From NCBI GenBank assembly GCA_002495905.1, contig DAHJ01000025.1, forward strand, positions 21,995 to 85,994: a DNA stretch of 64,000 nucleotides. Reading direction: 5' to 3'. Under the pieces are notes generated by a model. That model was not told the DNA's origin. It was given only the letters and a program-made list of their open reading frames with translations, and made no database searches. The stretch comes from Thaumarchaeota archaeon UBA223. GTDB lineage: Archaea > Thermoproteota > Nitrososphaeria > Nitrososphaerales > UBA57. Position numbers and translations under genes: made by a program. Shown here piece by piece: positions 9,100-19,463 of the stretch. Positions within the stretch are counted from its first letter, which is position 1; each line of letters starts with the position of its first letter.

Positions 9100-10551
9100 G
9101 TGGAAAGAAAATTGGTAAAGATTGGAATAACAGAAAAAAAAGATGAAAATTTTTCAGAATGGTATACACAAACAGTATTAAAAGCAGAATTAATAGATTA
9201 TTCACAAGTAAAAGGATTCATAATATTAAGAGAATATGGTTTCTCAATTTGGGAAAACATACAATCAATTCTCGATAAGGAATTTAAAAAAGACGGTACA
9301 AAAAATGCATATTTTCCATTGTTAATTCCAGAATCATTATTAAATAGAGAAGCAGATCATTTCAAAGGTTTTACACCTGAAGTATTCTGGGTAACAAAAA
9401 CAGGAGATAGTGATATAGAAAATAAATTAGCAATAAGGCCAACTTCGGAGACCATAGCATATGAGTCATATGCAAAATGGATAAAGAGTTGGAGAGATTT
9501 GCCTCTAAAATTAAATTTCTGGAATTCTGTATTGAGAGCAGAAATAAAGGATACAAAACCATTTATTAGAACATCAGAATTTTTATGGCAAGAAGGACAC
9601 ACGGTACATGAAACTGAAGAAGATGCAATACAACAAGTTGAATTTATGTTAAAATTATATAAAAAATTCGTGAATGAATATTTAGCTGTACCAATACTTA
9701 CAGGAAAGAAGAGTGACAAGGAAAAGTTTGTTGGAGCAGATTATACATTAACATTAGAAGGAATTATGCCGGATGGAAAGGCATTACAGATGGGAACATC
9801 ACATCATTTAGGACAAAATTTTTCAAAACCATTTGAGATAAGTTTTCTAGGAAAAGACGAAGAACAGCACTTTGCATGGCAGACTTCTTGGGGAGTATCA
9901 TGGAGATTAATGGGGGCTTTGATAATGACGCACGGAGATGATAAGGGATTAATTTTGCCGCCAAAAATAGCTCCTATACAAGTAGTCATAATTCCAATTT
10001 ATTATGATGATGGAAAAAAGAACGAGATATTAGGCGTGATTAATGATATTGTAGAGAAATTTGATTCAAACAATATTAGAAGCTATGTAGATTCTAGTGA
10101 ACAGCACACACCAGGATGGAAATTTAATCAATGGGAAATGAAGGGAGTTCCAATAAGAATAGAAATAGGACCAAAGGATTTAGAGAATAATTCCTTAGTA
10201 GTTGTGAAAAGAAATTCCAAAGATAAGAAGAATATCAGTATTAATGAGAATCCAGTTGATCAAATTGTGAAAGAATTAGACATAATGCAAGATGAATTGT
10301 TTGAAACTGCGAAAAGTAAACAGAGTAAAATGATATACGAAAGTAACAACTACAAAAAATTATGTGAAAGACTAAACAAAGAAAGAGGTTTTGTAAAAGT
10401 AGATTGGTGCGGAAATAGAGATTGTGAAGATAAGGTAAAAGATGAAACTGGAGCAGATATTAGATTGATTGAAGACGAGAATATAAATTCACTTTGCATA
10501 GTCTGTGAGAAGAATGCAACAAATTCAGTTTATTTTGCAAAATCGTATTAG
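9100..10551 (+). CDS. proS: Proline--tRNA ligase (archaeal/eukaryotic type)
   Basis: FSEWY, RPTSET, RTSEFLWQEGHT, QTSWGVSWR, C-terminal FAKSY. Confidence 0.97.
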   Translation: MERKLVKIGITEKKDENFSEWYTQTVLKAELIDYSQVKGFIILREYGFSIWENIQSILDKEFKKDGTKNAYFPLLIPESLLNREADHFKGFTPEVFWVTKTGDSDIENKLAIRPTSETIAYESYAKWIKSWRDLPLKLNFWNSVLRAEIKDTKPFIRTSEFLWQEGHTVHETEEDAIQQVEFMLKLYKKFVNEYLAVPILTGKKSDKEKFVGADYTLTLEGIMPDGKALQMGTSHHLGQNFSKPFEISFLGKDEEQHFAWQTSWGVSWRLMGALIMTHGDDKGLILPPKIAPIQVVIIPIYYDDGKKNEILGVINDIVEKFDSNNIRSYVDSSEQHTPGWKFNQWEMKGVPIRIEIGPKDLENNSLVVVKRNSKDKKNISINENPVDQIVKELDIMQDELFETAKSKQSKMIYESNNYKKLCERLNKERGFVKVDWCGNRDCEDKVKDETGADIRLIEDENINSLCIVCEKNATNSVYFAKSY

Positions 10552-10590
10552 CGTAGTTATTTATTCTAATATAACGAGGAAATAATATAC

Positions 10591-11391
10591 ATGGATTTAT
10601 CTCAGATAATTATCATTAGCGTGCTTCAAGGAATAATCGAATGGTTACCAATTTCAAGTCAAGGAAACATTATAATTATAATGTCAGAAGTATTTGATTA
10701 CAACATAGAGAATGCGTTAAAATTATCAATAATTCTGCATCTAGGAACAGTAATATCTGCATCCATTTACTTTAGAAATGAAATATTTCATATCGTAGTA
10801 AATTTGAGAAATTATAAATTTGGACATAGTACGGAATATAATTCACTTACTACATTCATAATTTTATCGACGTTATCTTCTAGCATAATAGGATTTATAA
10901 TATTTTCAAGTCTACTTGAGATATCAGGAAATGTTTTATTCACATCAATAATTGGACTTGGATTAATTATAACAGGAATAATTCAGAAAACAATTAAATC
11001 AGATTTGAAGAATGAAAGGAATCTAGATAATAAAATAGCAATAGCAACTGGAATTCTACAAGGATTTGCAGCAATACCAGGAATTTCAAGATCAGGGATA
11101 ACAACATCCTACTTGTTATTCAGTAGATTCAGTCCAAGTACTTCATTAAAATTATCATTCATGATGAGTATACCAGCAGTACTTGCAGCAAATTTATTCA
11201 TATTATTTGGAGAAGGAATTCAAGATTTAAAATTTATAGAACTTGTCATTGCAGTGGCATTTTCATGCATTTCAGGTTTAATTTCAATAAGTAGTTTTAT
11301 GAAAATTGCTCAAAAGATTAGATTCTGGATATTTTCAATAGTCGTAGGAGGATTATTGTTAATACCATATTTATTAGACATAGTAAGTTAA
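10591..11391 (+). CDS. uppP: Undecaprenyl/polyprenyl-diphosphate phosphatase (BacA family)
   Basis: QGIIEWLPISSQG and PGISRSG motifs; multiple TM segments. Confidence 0.9.
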   Translation: MDLSQIIIISVLQGIIEWLPISSQGNIIIIMSEVFDYNIENALKLSIILHLGTVISASIYFRNEIFHIVVNLRNYKFGHSTEYNSLTTFIILSTLSSSIIGFIIFSSLLEISGNVLFTSIIGLGLIITGIIQKTIKSDLKNERNLDNKIAIATGILQGFAAIPGISRSGITTSYLLFSRFSPSTSLKLSFMMSIPAVLAANLFILFGEGIQDLKFIELVIAVAFSCISGLISISSFMKIAQKIRFWIFSIVVGGLLLIPYLLDIVS

Positions 11392-11445
11392 ATTTGAGTT
11401 GACGAAAAGACATAGAATTATAAAGTAATTTTATAATTAATTCAC

Positions 11446-11715
11446 ATGAGTGAATCGCCTGAAACAAAACACAAAGTTCCAGTAAAAAACTATCCAGAAG
11501 GTACTAAACCAAAAAGAGTTGCCAAGGAAGTTACAGAAACATTAAAAGGAGTAGTAAGTGCAAAAAAAATTGGTAAATTAAAAAAACAATATGTGGAATG
11601 TCCAGTATTAAAAGAAGAGAGGAATTTTATAGAATGTTTTGCATGTAAGTCGCACATAAGACGAGTTATGGGTGAAGTAGACTGTGCAGGTGAATCTACA
11701 GAAATACAAGTATAG
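11446..11715 (+). CDS. Hypothetical Cys-rich protein
   Basis: 89 aa, ECP...ECFAC...C; plausible codon use, TATA-like element upstream. Confidence 0.7.
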   Translation: MSESPETKHKVPVKNYPEGTKPKRVAKEVTETLKGVVSAKKIGKLKKQYVECPVLKEERNFIECFACKSHIRRVMGEVDCAGESTEIQV

Positions 11716-11720
11716 AAATA

Positions 11721-12839
11721 TTACATACTTTTTGCTTGTTCTAATTTTTCGGGAAGGTATTTATCAACAATAGTAGTTAGACCATATTTACTAAAAGCTT
11801 CCAATTCGCATTTAGCTTTAATTTTCATAAATACATCAAGTTCTTTACTCCATACACCTTTTTGATAGCGAGGATCACGCTTCAGTTCAGAGACTCGTTT
11901 GAAATCGACTTCAGTCATTGGAATAGTAGGTAATTTGTATTTAGCAATATCAGATGCCCAGATTCCCAACCACTTAGCAGATGGTACGGTAAGATCGCGT
12001 AAGTGAGCTGCTCCTGCAGAACCAGAAACAATTACCATTGCAATATGTTCACCATAGACATCGCCGTCAGTCATAATATAAACAGGAAGATTTAGTTCTT
12101 TATGTAAACGTTTTAGCATGTATCGAGTAGCACGAGGGGCCTGTCCAGCAGTATCAATAATTATTGCTTTATACTTTGAATGAACTTTTTCTTCAACAAA
12201 TCGATTAAAGAGACCGCCTTTTTCAATGGCAATAATCATTTCAGCAGATGTATCAACAAAATCAGCAGTACTGAGACTAGGACCAATCAAATATCCATCA
12301 GGGTGTGAAGATAGATTCAATCTATTTCCCTCATATCCAGGAACAGTATATTCAATATCTAAATCTCCGAAAATTGCTGAACGTTCTTCAGGATATATAT
12401 TCAATCGTTCTCTTGCAGTAGATATAACAGATTCAAGATCAGTAATAATTGCATCAGATTCAGATTGATCATCATAGTCAACTGCATAAGCTTGTGAAGA
12501 ATAATAAACATCTCGCAACGTGGATGATTTTTTGTTAGACATTAATTCATTGGCAAAAAATGCCAACCAAGTTAATTGAGTAAAGGGACGAATATGTTTA
12601 ATATTAGATGCAGTACGTGACACAGTGTTAGAACCAAGAATATATTGTTTTGTTTTTTTATCATAAACAATATTTCTCACAGATCTACTAGGAAAATGGA
12701 TAGTAGGAAATTTTTGAGAATCCAGATCAGAATAAATTTTGTTGCCAAGTTCTTTTAGTTGTAATTTAAGTTGAGCTTTATGTTTTTCTAAATCATTTTG
12801 TCGTTTTTTTGATTTAGTTTGTTTTTTAGGTTTTGCCAT
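11721..12839 (-). CDS. top6A: DNA topoisomerase VI subunit A
   Basis: TLRDVYY catalytic Tyr, AIEK, TDGDVYG toprim, ELEA. Confidence 0.96.
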   Translation of the reverse strand: MAKPKKQTKSKKRQNDLEKHKAQLKLQLKELGNKIYSDLDSQKFPTIHFPSRSVRNIVYDKKTKQYILGSNTVSRTASNIKHIRPFTQLTWLAFFANELMSNKKSSTLRDVYYSSQAYAVDYDDQSESDAIITDLESVISTARERLNIYPEERSAIFGDLDIEYTVPGYEGNRLNLSSHPDGYLIGPSLSTADFVDTSAEMIIAIEKGGLFNRFVEEKVHSKYKAIIIDTAGQAPRATRYMLKRLHKELNLPVYIMTDGDVYGEHIAMVIVSGSAGAAHLRDLTVPSAKWLGIWASDIAKYKLPTIPMTEVDFKRVSELKRDPRYQKGVWSKELDVFMKIKAKCELEAFSKYGLTTIVDKYLPEKLEQAKSM

Positions 12840-14383
12840 TAATTCTCCCCTTCCTCAAGATATGATTTCAACATTGGTTGGAAATTTGGTAAAGTTTTTT
12901 TGCCAGATAGATCTTTTGAAAATTCTGCAATTAGAGGAAGATATTTGGAATATATATCTCGTCTTCGTTTTACTGCTTCTTGAGAGGATTTACGAGACAA
13001 ATGTAATCGAAGTTGTCGGAGAACTTCACGAACTGCATTTTTTAATTCGCGTTCAATTTCTGGTCGATCTGCAAGGAATTCTTTCCCAGCTGTTTTAAAA
13101 GGTACTTTAGTCGAACATACATGAGTAATTAATGCCAAAGGTGCATTATCGGGAATTTTATAGGCACGTTTTTTGTCTATTGCGAGATCTTTTACTACTT
13201 GCCAAGCAATATCACTGCCTTCATCATAAAGTAGAGGAATTCGATTAGCATAACGGAATAATTTTACACCACCACTACTAACTTTACCACCATATGCAAG
13301 TCCAACTTCTACAATAAATGGAAAACCCGAATATGCAGAAGGAGGTCGTATTGCAATAGTAGAAAATTCAGGTGAAAGTTCACTCATTATACCAGCATTC
13401 AATATATCTCGGCCAAGTGGTGATAAACAATGAGCGTCGGGAGGTAAAAATGATTCATAGTTATGCATTTCATCGACCATTTTTACTATATTTTCATATG
13501 CAAGATCTTTTGGACTTCCTGAATGATCTATACCTGCAGATTTAAAGAAATTAGTAGAAGTAGTAGCGCCTACTCGATGAAAATTATTAGTAAGTAATTT
13601 ATGAAGAGTTTTATCCTTAGTATCTTCAATAAGACGTCTCATTCCTTCAAAATCAAATCCATGTGGATGAGGTTGAGTTTCTACGGGAGGTTTTGGTAAC
13701 GAAGTGGTGCTTCTTGGATAATAAAACATTTTACCTTGTGCATCGATAAAAGATATTTCGGCATAAGGAGTAACTAATGCAGATTCTAAGAAATAATCGT
13801 GGACTTTCGCAGAAGCGCGAAATGAATCACCAGTAAGTAATAGTTCAACAGTAGTTCCAGTGGTTCCTTTTCCTTCAATTATTTCTTTTTTGATGATAAC
13901 AGGTTCATTTTTTTGAATATCAATTCTTAAAGTAAATTTATGAGTTTTTTTTCCGTCAATTGAGGTATAAATAACTACAGGTTTACTCGTTGTAATTTGT
14001 CCATATAAAACAGCCATAGTTCCTCCCATACCAAACATACCACGAGCTTGTCGAAGTTTGTACTTGCTTCCGTAGAAAACACGACCAAAGGCATCGGGAG
14101 CTTTTTCAGGGTCTATTCCAGGTCCATTATCACTAACTTTAAGCTGGTAAGTACGAGGTTCAGAAGCGCGTAATTGATCAATCACAGGAGTCATTCTAAC
14201 GTAGATATTAGGAAGAATTTCGGCAGATTCACAAGCATCAAGAGAGTTTTCTACTAATTCTCGAGTTGCAGTATAAAGTGCTTTAGCAGGATTACTAAAT
14301 CCAGCTAAATCCCTATTACGATAGAAAAATTCACTAGGCGAAATGCCAGAAAAAGTAGTTTTAGTTTTCGACAACAGGGCCAT
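12839..14383 (-). CDS. top6B: DNA topoisomerase VI subunit B
   Basis: ELVENSLDA, DNGPG, GMFGMG GHKL motifs, RYANRIPL. Confidence 0.96.
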   Translation of the reverse strand: MALLSKTKTTFSGISPSEFFYRNRDLAGFSNPAKALYTATRELVENSLDACESAEILPNIYVRMTPVIDQLRASEPRTYQLKVSDNGPGIDPEKAPDAFGRVFYGSKYKLRQARGMFGMGGTMAVLYGQITTSKPVVIYTSIDGKKTHKFTLRIDIQKNEPVIIKKEIIEGKGTTGTTVELLLTGDSFRASAKVHDYFLESALVTPYAEISFIDAQGKMFYYPRSTTSLPKPPVETQPHPHGFDFEGMRRLIEDTKDKTLHKLLTNNFHRVGATTSTNFFKSAGIDHSGSPKDLAYENIVKMVDEMHNYESFLPPDAHCLSPLGRDILNAGIMSELSPEFSTIAIRPPSAYSGFPFIVEVGLAYGGKVSSGGVKLFRYANRIPLLYDEGSDIAWQVVKDLAIDKKRAYKIPDNAPLALITHVCSTKVPFKTAGKEFLADRPEIERELKNAVREVLRQLRLHLSRKSSQEAVKRRRDIYSKYLPLIAEFSKDLSGKKTLPNFQPMLKSYLEEGEN

Positions 14384-14930
14384 CCTCCCATAATTGCATT
14401 CGGTCTAATTTAGACTGGGTGCGACTTTTTTGTAATAAATCATAAGCAGTTTTATGTTGGGCTCCTGAAATGAGTAAGTTTATTGCATTTTCAACTAATT
14501 TGATTTGTTCATATGAACCAATTATAGAAATAGAATGTCCATAAACAGAGATATTTGTATTAGATATTTCTTCCATAACTTTTCTGGCTTTGCCATTTTG
14601 ACCAATTACACGGGATTTGATTCTAGAGATAGAATGTGATGATTTTTTAAAATGCTGAGTAAGGTCTATTATTGAGAGAAATTTATCCTCGTCGAGAAGA
14701 TTAGAAGTACTAAGTTGTGAAAAACCATGAGCAATAGATTGAACTAAATCGACTGCAAGAAGAGGATTAGATGTTTCACTATCACTTGAAATATGAACTT
14801 CTCCACTACGACTATCTACATCGAGTTTGACATTACATTTTTGTTCAATCCAAAGTTTTGTTTTTCCTGATTTTCCAACAATAGAACCTATACGATCAAT
14901 AGGTATACGAATAGTTTTATCAAACATCAT
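14361..14930 (-). CDS. KH-domain rRNA-processing protein (Dim2/Pno1 family)
   Basis: IVGKSG and VIGQNG KH loops, GAQHKTAY. Start taken at MMFDK, because the upstream extension overlaps rio1. Confidence 0.88.
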   Translation of the reverse strand: MMFDKTIRIPIDRIGSIVGKSGKTKLWIEQKCNVKLDVDSRSGEVHISSDSETSNPLLAVDLVQSIAHGFSQLSTSNLLDEDKFLSIIDLTQHFKKSSHSISRIKSRVIGQNGKARKVMEEISNTNISVYGHSISIIGSYEQIKLVENAINLLISGAQHKTAYDLLQKSRTQSKLDRMQLWEDGPVVEN

Positions 14931-15711
14931 TTTCAGTAATCTCCTTAAAGATATTTTCAGCATCCAAAGTAGTGATGCCTCGTTTAGAAAAGAATTTACA
15001 AATATTAATAATATCTCTCAATAAGAAATCTTTAGACATAGGATGTGAAACATCGACAGCAGAACCAAAATCAAATAATATTAAGTCATTAGAATTTTTA
15101 AAAACATTATATTCAGATAAGTCAGAATGAATAAGATTCGATTGTTGATATAATTGCTTAATCAACTTTAGAAGTTCTTCAAAATCAGATTCCTCAACCT
15201 CAGTTTCTGAAAGAGTTGGATAAGGAGCCCCATCAATTCCTAAAAAATCCATAACCAAGACATTTTGTTTTACAGCAATAGGTTTGGGAACAGGAAGATT
15301 AGCAGAATATGCTTTTGAGAGATTTTTAAATTCCTTTCTTGCCCATAATTCTATTAATTTATGTCCATGAGTATTGATATTTTTGAAGCGATGATCTCCT
15401 TCGATATACTGTAATCTTTTACGAAATTCTGAAGCAACGGTAAGATAAATCTTAATGGCGACATCATTTCCGTCTGGTGTAACACCCCAAAATATATTCG
15501 ATTCTTTACCAGAATTAACTATTCCATTTAGATAAGAAAGTGTACCATTATTAAAAAGAGAATAAAGTGTAAGAAGAGTGGGTTTATTAAAAACATCTTG
15601 AAAAACTTGATAATCTTCAGAGCGTTTCTTCAATGAACGATTTGATTTTGCAGAATTATTTACTTTGTTTAAAGCTTTTTTTATTGCGCGATTATCAATT
15701 TGAGATGACAT
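14920..15711 (-). CDS. rio1: RIO1-family serine kinase
   Basis: SGKES, AIKIY, WARKEFKNL, HSDLSEYN, FDFGSAV. Confidence 0.93.
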   Translation of the reverse strand: MSSQIDNRAIKKALNKVNNSAKSNRSLKKRSEDYQVFQDVFNKPTLLTLYSLFNNGTLSYLNGIVNSGKESNIFWGVTPDGNDVAIKIYLTVASEFRKRLQYIEGDHRFKNINTHGHKLIELWARKEFKNLSKAYSANLPVPKPIAVKQNVLVMDFLGIDGAPYPTLSETEVEESDFEELLKLIKQLYQQSNLIHSDLSEYNVFKNSNDLILFDFGSAVDVSHPMSKDFLLRDIINICKFFSKRGITTLDAENIFKEITENDV

Positions 15712-15714
15712 AGT

Positions 15715-16026
15715 CTACAAGTCCTTTGGAAGATGTCCTTGTGATTGCAACCATTCAACTTGCCCGACAGTATATCTCCAAAGAATATCTCCTCGATCAT
15801 CTTCTTTAAAATCCCAAGGTGCGATTATAACAACGTCATTATCACGAATCCAAACTCTGCGTTTTAATTTTCCTCGTATTCTTCCAATACGAATCTTGTC
15901 ATCGGCACATTTAATCTGAATTAATTCACTTCCTAGATGTTTAACAACTCGTCCGAACATTTCGCCTTCTTGAGGTAATTGGACCTCTTTGAGAGATTTT
16001 TCGTTTAGAACTTTTCGCTTACCCAT
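15715..16026 (-). CDS. eif1a: Translation initiation factor aIF-1A
   Basis: RIRGKLKRRVWI, APWDF, GDILWRY. Confidence 0.95.
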   Translation of the reverse strand: MGKRKVLNEKSLKEVQLPQEGEMFGRVVKHLGSELIQIKCADDKIRIGRIRGKLKRRVWIRDNDVVIIAPWDFKEDDRGDILWRYTVGQVEWLQSQGHLPKDL

Positions 16027-16063
16027 TATATCACAATATAATTGGAAAAATTAGTAATAAACC

Positions 16064-16375
16064 CTATTGTAGGAATTTATAAATTAGGACAAAAGATACG
16101 CCTTCAATTTTTTTAATTGACTCAAGGGATACTAATTCCAAAGTAATTGCCAAATCTACAATATTATTTCCAACAAGATTAAGGGTGTCAGATTTTTTCA
16201 ATAGTTCAATAGCTTGGTTTTCATCAATAATAGTACCTCCAAAGTAATCTTCAGAGATTTCAATTTCATAATCTCCTTCAGAAATAGTCGTTCCAATGTT
16301 TTCATTATCGCAAATATTTACAATATTAATATCACGATCATTAATAGAACGAAAATGGAAGGATTTAGAGGGCAT
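16064..16375 (-). CDS. DUF424 family protein
   Basis: NICDNENIG, YFGG, LNLVGN; typical position between aIF2-beta and aIF1A; start taken at MPSK. Confidence 0.8.
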   Translation of the reverse strand: MPSKSFHFRSINDRDINIVNICDNENIGTTISEGDYEIEISEDYFGGTIIDENQAIELLKKSDTLNLVGNNIVDLAITLELVSLESIKKIEGVSFVLIYKFLQ

Positions 16376-16377
16376 AT

Positions 16378-16815
16378 TTATCGAGAACCAGCAGTGGTTT
16401 TTGCGCCACAAGCCTCACAATTAATAAAATATAGACGTTTGACCTTTTCTAGAGATGTATCGTAACTGTCGCAAACAGTACAAACCACATATTGACGAAT
16501 ATATCGTTTGAGTATAAAATCAAAAGAATCAGGAGTTTTTCTACCAATAAAAATAGCACGGTCTCCGTCAAGAGATGCAGAAGTAGCAAGTTCTTTTGAG
16601 AGAAACATCATAAAATGTTCAGTAGTACGTCGTAATAATTTAGGATAGATAGAAAAATTTCTAAAAAATGTTTTTTGGCCAATCCAGAAAGTTTCTGCTT
16701 TGGGGATTTCGATTCTGTCTTGTTTCTTTACTTCGACTTTAGATAATTGATCTTCAATACGAGTTAAAAGTTCTTTATAAGAATCGTCTTTCATTAACAT
16801 AGAAAACATAATCAA
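16378..16815 (-). CDS. eif2b: Translation initiation factor aIF-2 beta
   Basis: FLSKELAT, CTVC...CEACGA Zn ribbon; true start may be about 16794. Confidence 0.93.
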   Translation of the reverse strand: MIMFSMLMKDDSYKELLTRIEDQLSKVEVKKQDRIEIPKAETFWIGQKTFFRNFSIYPKLLRRTTEHFMMFLSKELATSASLDGDRAIFIGRKTPDSFDFILKRYIRQYVVCTVCDSYDTSLEKVKRLYFINCEACGAKTTAGSR

Positions 16816-16878
16816 AAGATATAATTGTTTGCAATGAAAGGCGAATAATTATAAGCAAATAATTCCGTCATACGAATA

Positions 16879-17385
16879 ATGGATCTAAAAGACATAATAA
16901 GAGATTATCCCGATTATCCAAAAAAAGGAATAATATTCAAAGACATGTGGCCAACAATAGAAGATCCAGATGCATTTGAACATATTTTAAAAGAATTTGA
17001 AAATGAATTTAGAGGAAAAATAGACAGAGTAATAGGAATAGAATCAAGAGGATTTATATTTGGAGCAGCATTGGCAAATAGATTAAAAATAGGTTTCACG
17101 CCTATAAGAAAGAAAGGTAAACTTCCTGGAGAAACAATATCAACAGATTTTGAATTAGAATATGGAAGCGCGTCAATAGAAATGAAAAATGAATCATTAA
17201 AAGGAAAAAATATTCTCATTATAGATGATTTATTAGCAACAGGTGGAACAGTGGAAGCTGCAATAAAATTGGTTGAAGAATTAGATGGAAATATCATTAG
17301 TTTAGGATTCTTAATTGAATTAGATTTCTTGAAAGCAAGAGAGATTTTATCTAAGTATGATATATTTTCAATAGTGAGGTATTAA
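16879..17385 (+). CDS. apt: Adenine phosphoribosyltransferase
   Basis: PDYPKKGIIFKD, ESRGF, RKKGKLP, LEYG, IDDLLATGGT. Confidence 0.96.
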   Translation: MDLKDIIRDYPDYPKKGIIFKDMWPTIEDPDAFEHILKEFENEFRGKIDRVIGIESRGFIFGAALANRLKIGFTPIRKKGKLPGETISTDFELEYGSASIEMKNESLKGKNILIIDDLLATGGTVEAAIKLVEELDGNIISLGFLIELDFLKAREILSKYDIFSIVRY

Positions 17386-17389
17386 TGAA

Positions 17390-18172
17390 ATGAAGGCAGA
17401 AATAGCAATAATTGGTGGAACAGGAATATACAATACGGAGATTATTTCAAATAGTCAGAAACTAGATTTAGAAACACCTTATGGTAAGACTTCTGATTCA
17501 TTAACAATTGGAGAATTTAATGGGAAAAAAATTGTATTTCTTCCAAGGCATGGGAAAAAACATAGCGTTCCTCCACATAAAATAAACTTTCGTGCAAATA
17601 TTTGGGCATTAAAGGAAATAGGAGTAAAAAGGATAATTGCACCTTGTGCAGTAGGGAGTTTAAGAGAGAACATGGAACCAGGACATATTGCAATACCTGA
17701 TCAATTTATCGATAGAACTAAAGACAGAGATAGTACATTCTATGATCAAGGTACAGTAGCACATATATCAACGGCAGATCCATTTTGTCCTGAATTAAGA
17801 GATTTAACAATTTCAACAGGGAAGAAATTAAATTATGATATTCATGAAAAAGCAACGCAAGTATGTATAGAAGGTCCTAGGTTTTCAACAAGGGCAGAAT
17901 CAAATATGTTTAGAAATTGGGGAGCTGACACAATAAATATGACGTTATTTCCAGAATGTGTTTTAGCAAGAGAATCACAGATTTGTTATGTAGCAATTGC
18001 AACTATAACAGATTATGATGTTTGGGCAGAAACAGCAGTATCGCATCATGAAGTATTAAAAACACTTGAAGAAAATGTAGAAAAAACGACTAACATTATA
18101 CAGAATATTATTCCACAAATAAATAATGAAAGAAATTGTTTATGTGCAAATGCATTAGAAGGAGCAATTTAA
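17390..18172 (+). CDS. mtnP: 5'-methylthioadenosine phosphorylase
   Basis: IIGGTG, PRHG..H..PPH, EGPRFSTRAES, TDYD. Confidence 0.93.
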   Translation: MKAEIAIIGGTGIYNTEIISNSQKLDLETPYGKTSDSLTIGEFNGKKIVFLPRHGKKHSVPPHKINFRANIWALKEIGVKRIIAPCAVGSLRENMEPGHIAIPDQFIDRTKDRDSTFYDQGTVAHISTADPFCPELRDLTISTGKKLNYDIHEKATQVCIEGPRFSTRAESNMFRNWGADTINMTLFPECVLARESQICYVAIATITDYDVWAETAVSHHEVLKTLEENVEKTTNIIQNIIPQINNERNCLCANALEGAI

Positions 18173-18204
18173 ATAAAAAGAAATGGATATTTTGATAGGA
18201 GAAA

Positions 18205-19461
18205 GTGAAGATAAAAAAAATGAGTAAAATTACAGATAAGAATTTAGCAGAAAAAGGTAAAAAATCATATGAATGGGCACGAAATAATATGCCTGCTCTT
18301 GTAACAACAATTAATAAAACCTCAAAAGAATTTTCGTTCAAAGGAACAAAGATAGCAGTTTGCTTGCATGTGACAAAAGAAACTTCAGTATTAGTAATGG
18401 GATTAAAAGAATTAGGTGCAGATGTATATCTAGCAGGAGCAAATCCACTATCAACACAAGATGACATTGCAGCGTATTTAGATTCAGAAGGAGTAAATGT
18501 TTTTGCATGGAGAGGTCAAAATGATAAAGAATATCAAGAGTGTATAGATGCTACGTTAGATGCAGAACCAGAAATCATAATGGATGACGGATCTGATGCG
18601 CATATAACATTACATCAGAATCAGAAATATGAGAAGAATAATGTTATTGGGGGGACAGAAGAAACAACCACAGGAGTAGTCAGATTAGAGGCGTTAGAAA
18701 AGAGTGGGAAATTAAAATATCCAATAATAGCAGTAAATAATGCTTATACAAAACATCTATTCGATAATCGATATGGAACAGGACAGAGTACTTTTGATGG
18801 GATTTTAAGATCTACTGCATTATTAATGGCAGGCAAAAAAGTAACAGTTTGTGGATATGGATGGGTTGGAAGAGGAATAGCAGCAAGAGCAAAAGGTCTT
18901 GGAGCAATTGTTTCAGTTTCTGAAATAGACCCAATTAGAGCAATAGAAGCAGTCATGGACGGATTTGATGTAAAACCAATAAATGAATTAGCAAAAGAAT
19001 CAGACATATTTGTCACAGCAACAGGGCAAAAACATGTTATTGATAAAAATAGTATAAGAAACTTAAAAGATGGAGCAATATTAGCTAATGCTGGACACTT
19101 TGATTTAGAAATAGATGTGGCATTTTTGCAAGATATCGCAATAAATGTAAAAACAATCAGAGATAATTTAGAAGAATATGAATTAGACAATGGAACAAAA
19201 ATAGTTCTTGTGGCAAAAGGAAGGATTGCAAACTTAGTAGCCGCAGAAGGTCATCCTCCAGAAGTAATGTCAATGTCATTTTCAAACCAACTTTTAGGTG
19301 CAGTTAAAATTAAATTAGATCATAAAAAACTGAATGGATTAATAGACATGCCTAAAGAAATAGATTACAATGTAGCAAAATATGCTTTAGAAGGAATGAA
19401 GATTAACATTGATACTCAAACGCAAGAACAGAAGGATTATGGAGAATCCTATATTATATAA
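18205..19461 (+). CDS. ahcY: Adenosylhomocysteinase
   Basis: NPLSTQD, EETTTG, FDNRYGTGQS, GYGWVG, GHFD, GHPPEVM; likely ATG start at 18220. Confidence 0.97.
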   Translation: MKIKKMSKITDKNLAEKGKKSYEWARNNMPALVTTINKTSKEFSFKGTKIAVCLHVTKETSVLVMGLKELGADVYLAGANPLSTQDDIAAYLDSEGVNVFAWRGQNDKEYQECIDATLDAEPEIIMDDGSDAHITLHQNQKYEKNNVIGGTEETTTGVVRLEALEKSGKLKYPIIAVNNAYTKHLFDNRYGTGQSTFDGILRSTALLMAGKKVTVCGYGWVGRGIAARAKGLGAIVSVSEIDPIRAIEAVMDGFDVKPINELAKESDIFVTATGQKHVIDKNSIRNLKDGAILANAGHFDLEIDVAFLQDIAINVKTIRDNLEEYELDNGTKIVLVAKGRIANLVAAEGHPPEVMSMSFSNQLLGAVKIKLDHKKLNGLIDMPKEIDYNVAKYALEGMKINIDTQTQEQKDYGESYII

Positions 19462-19463
19462 TT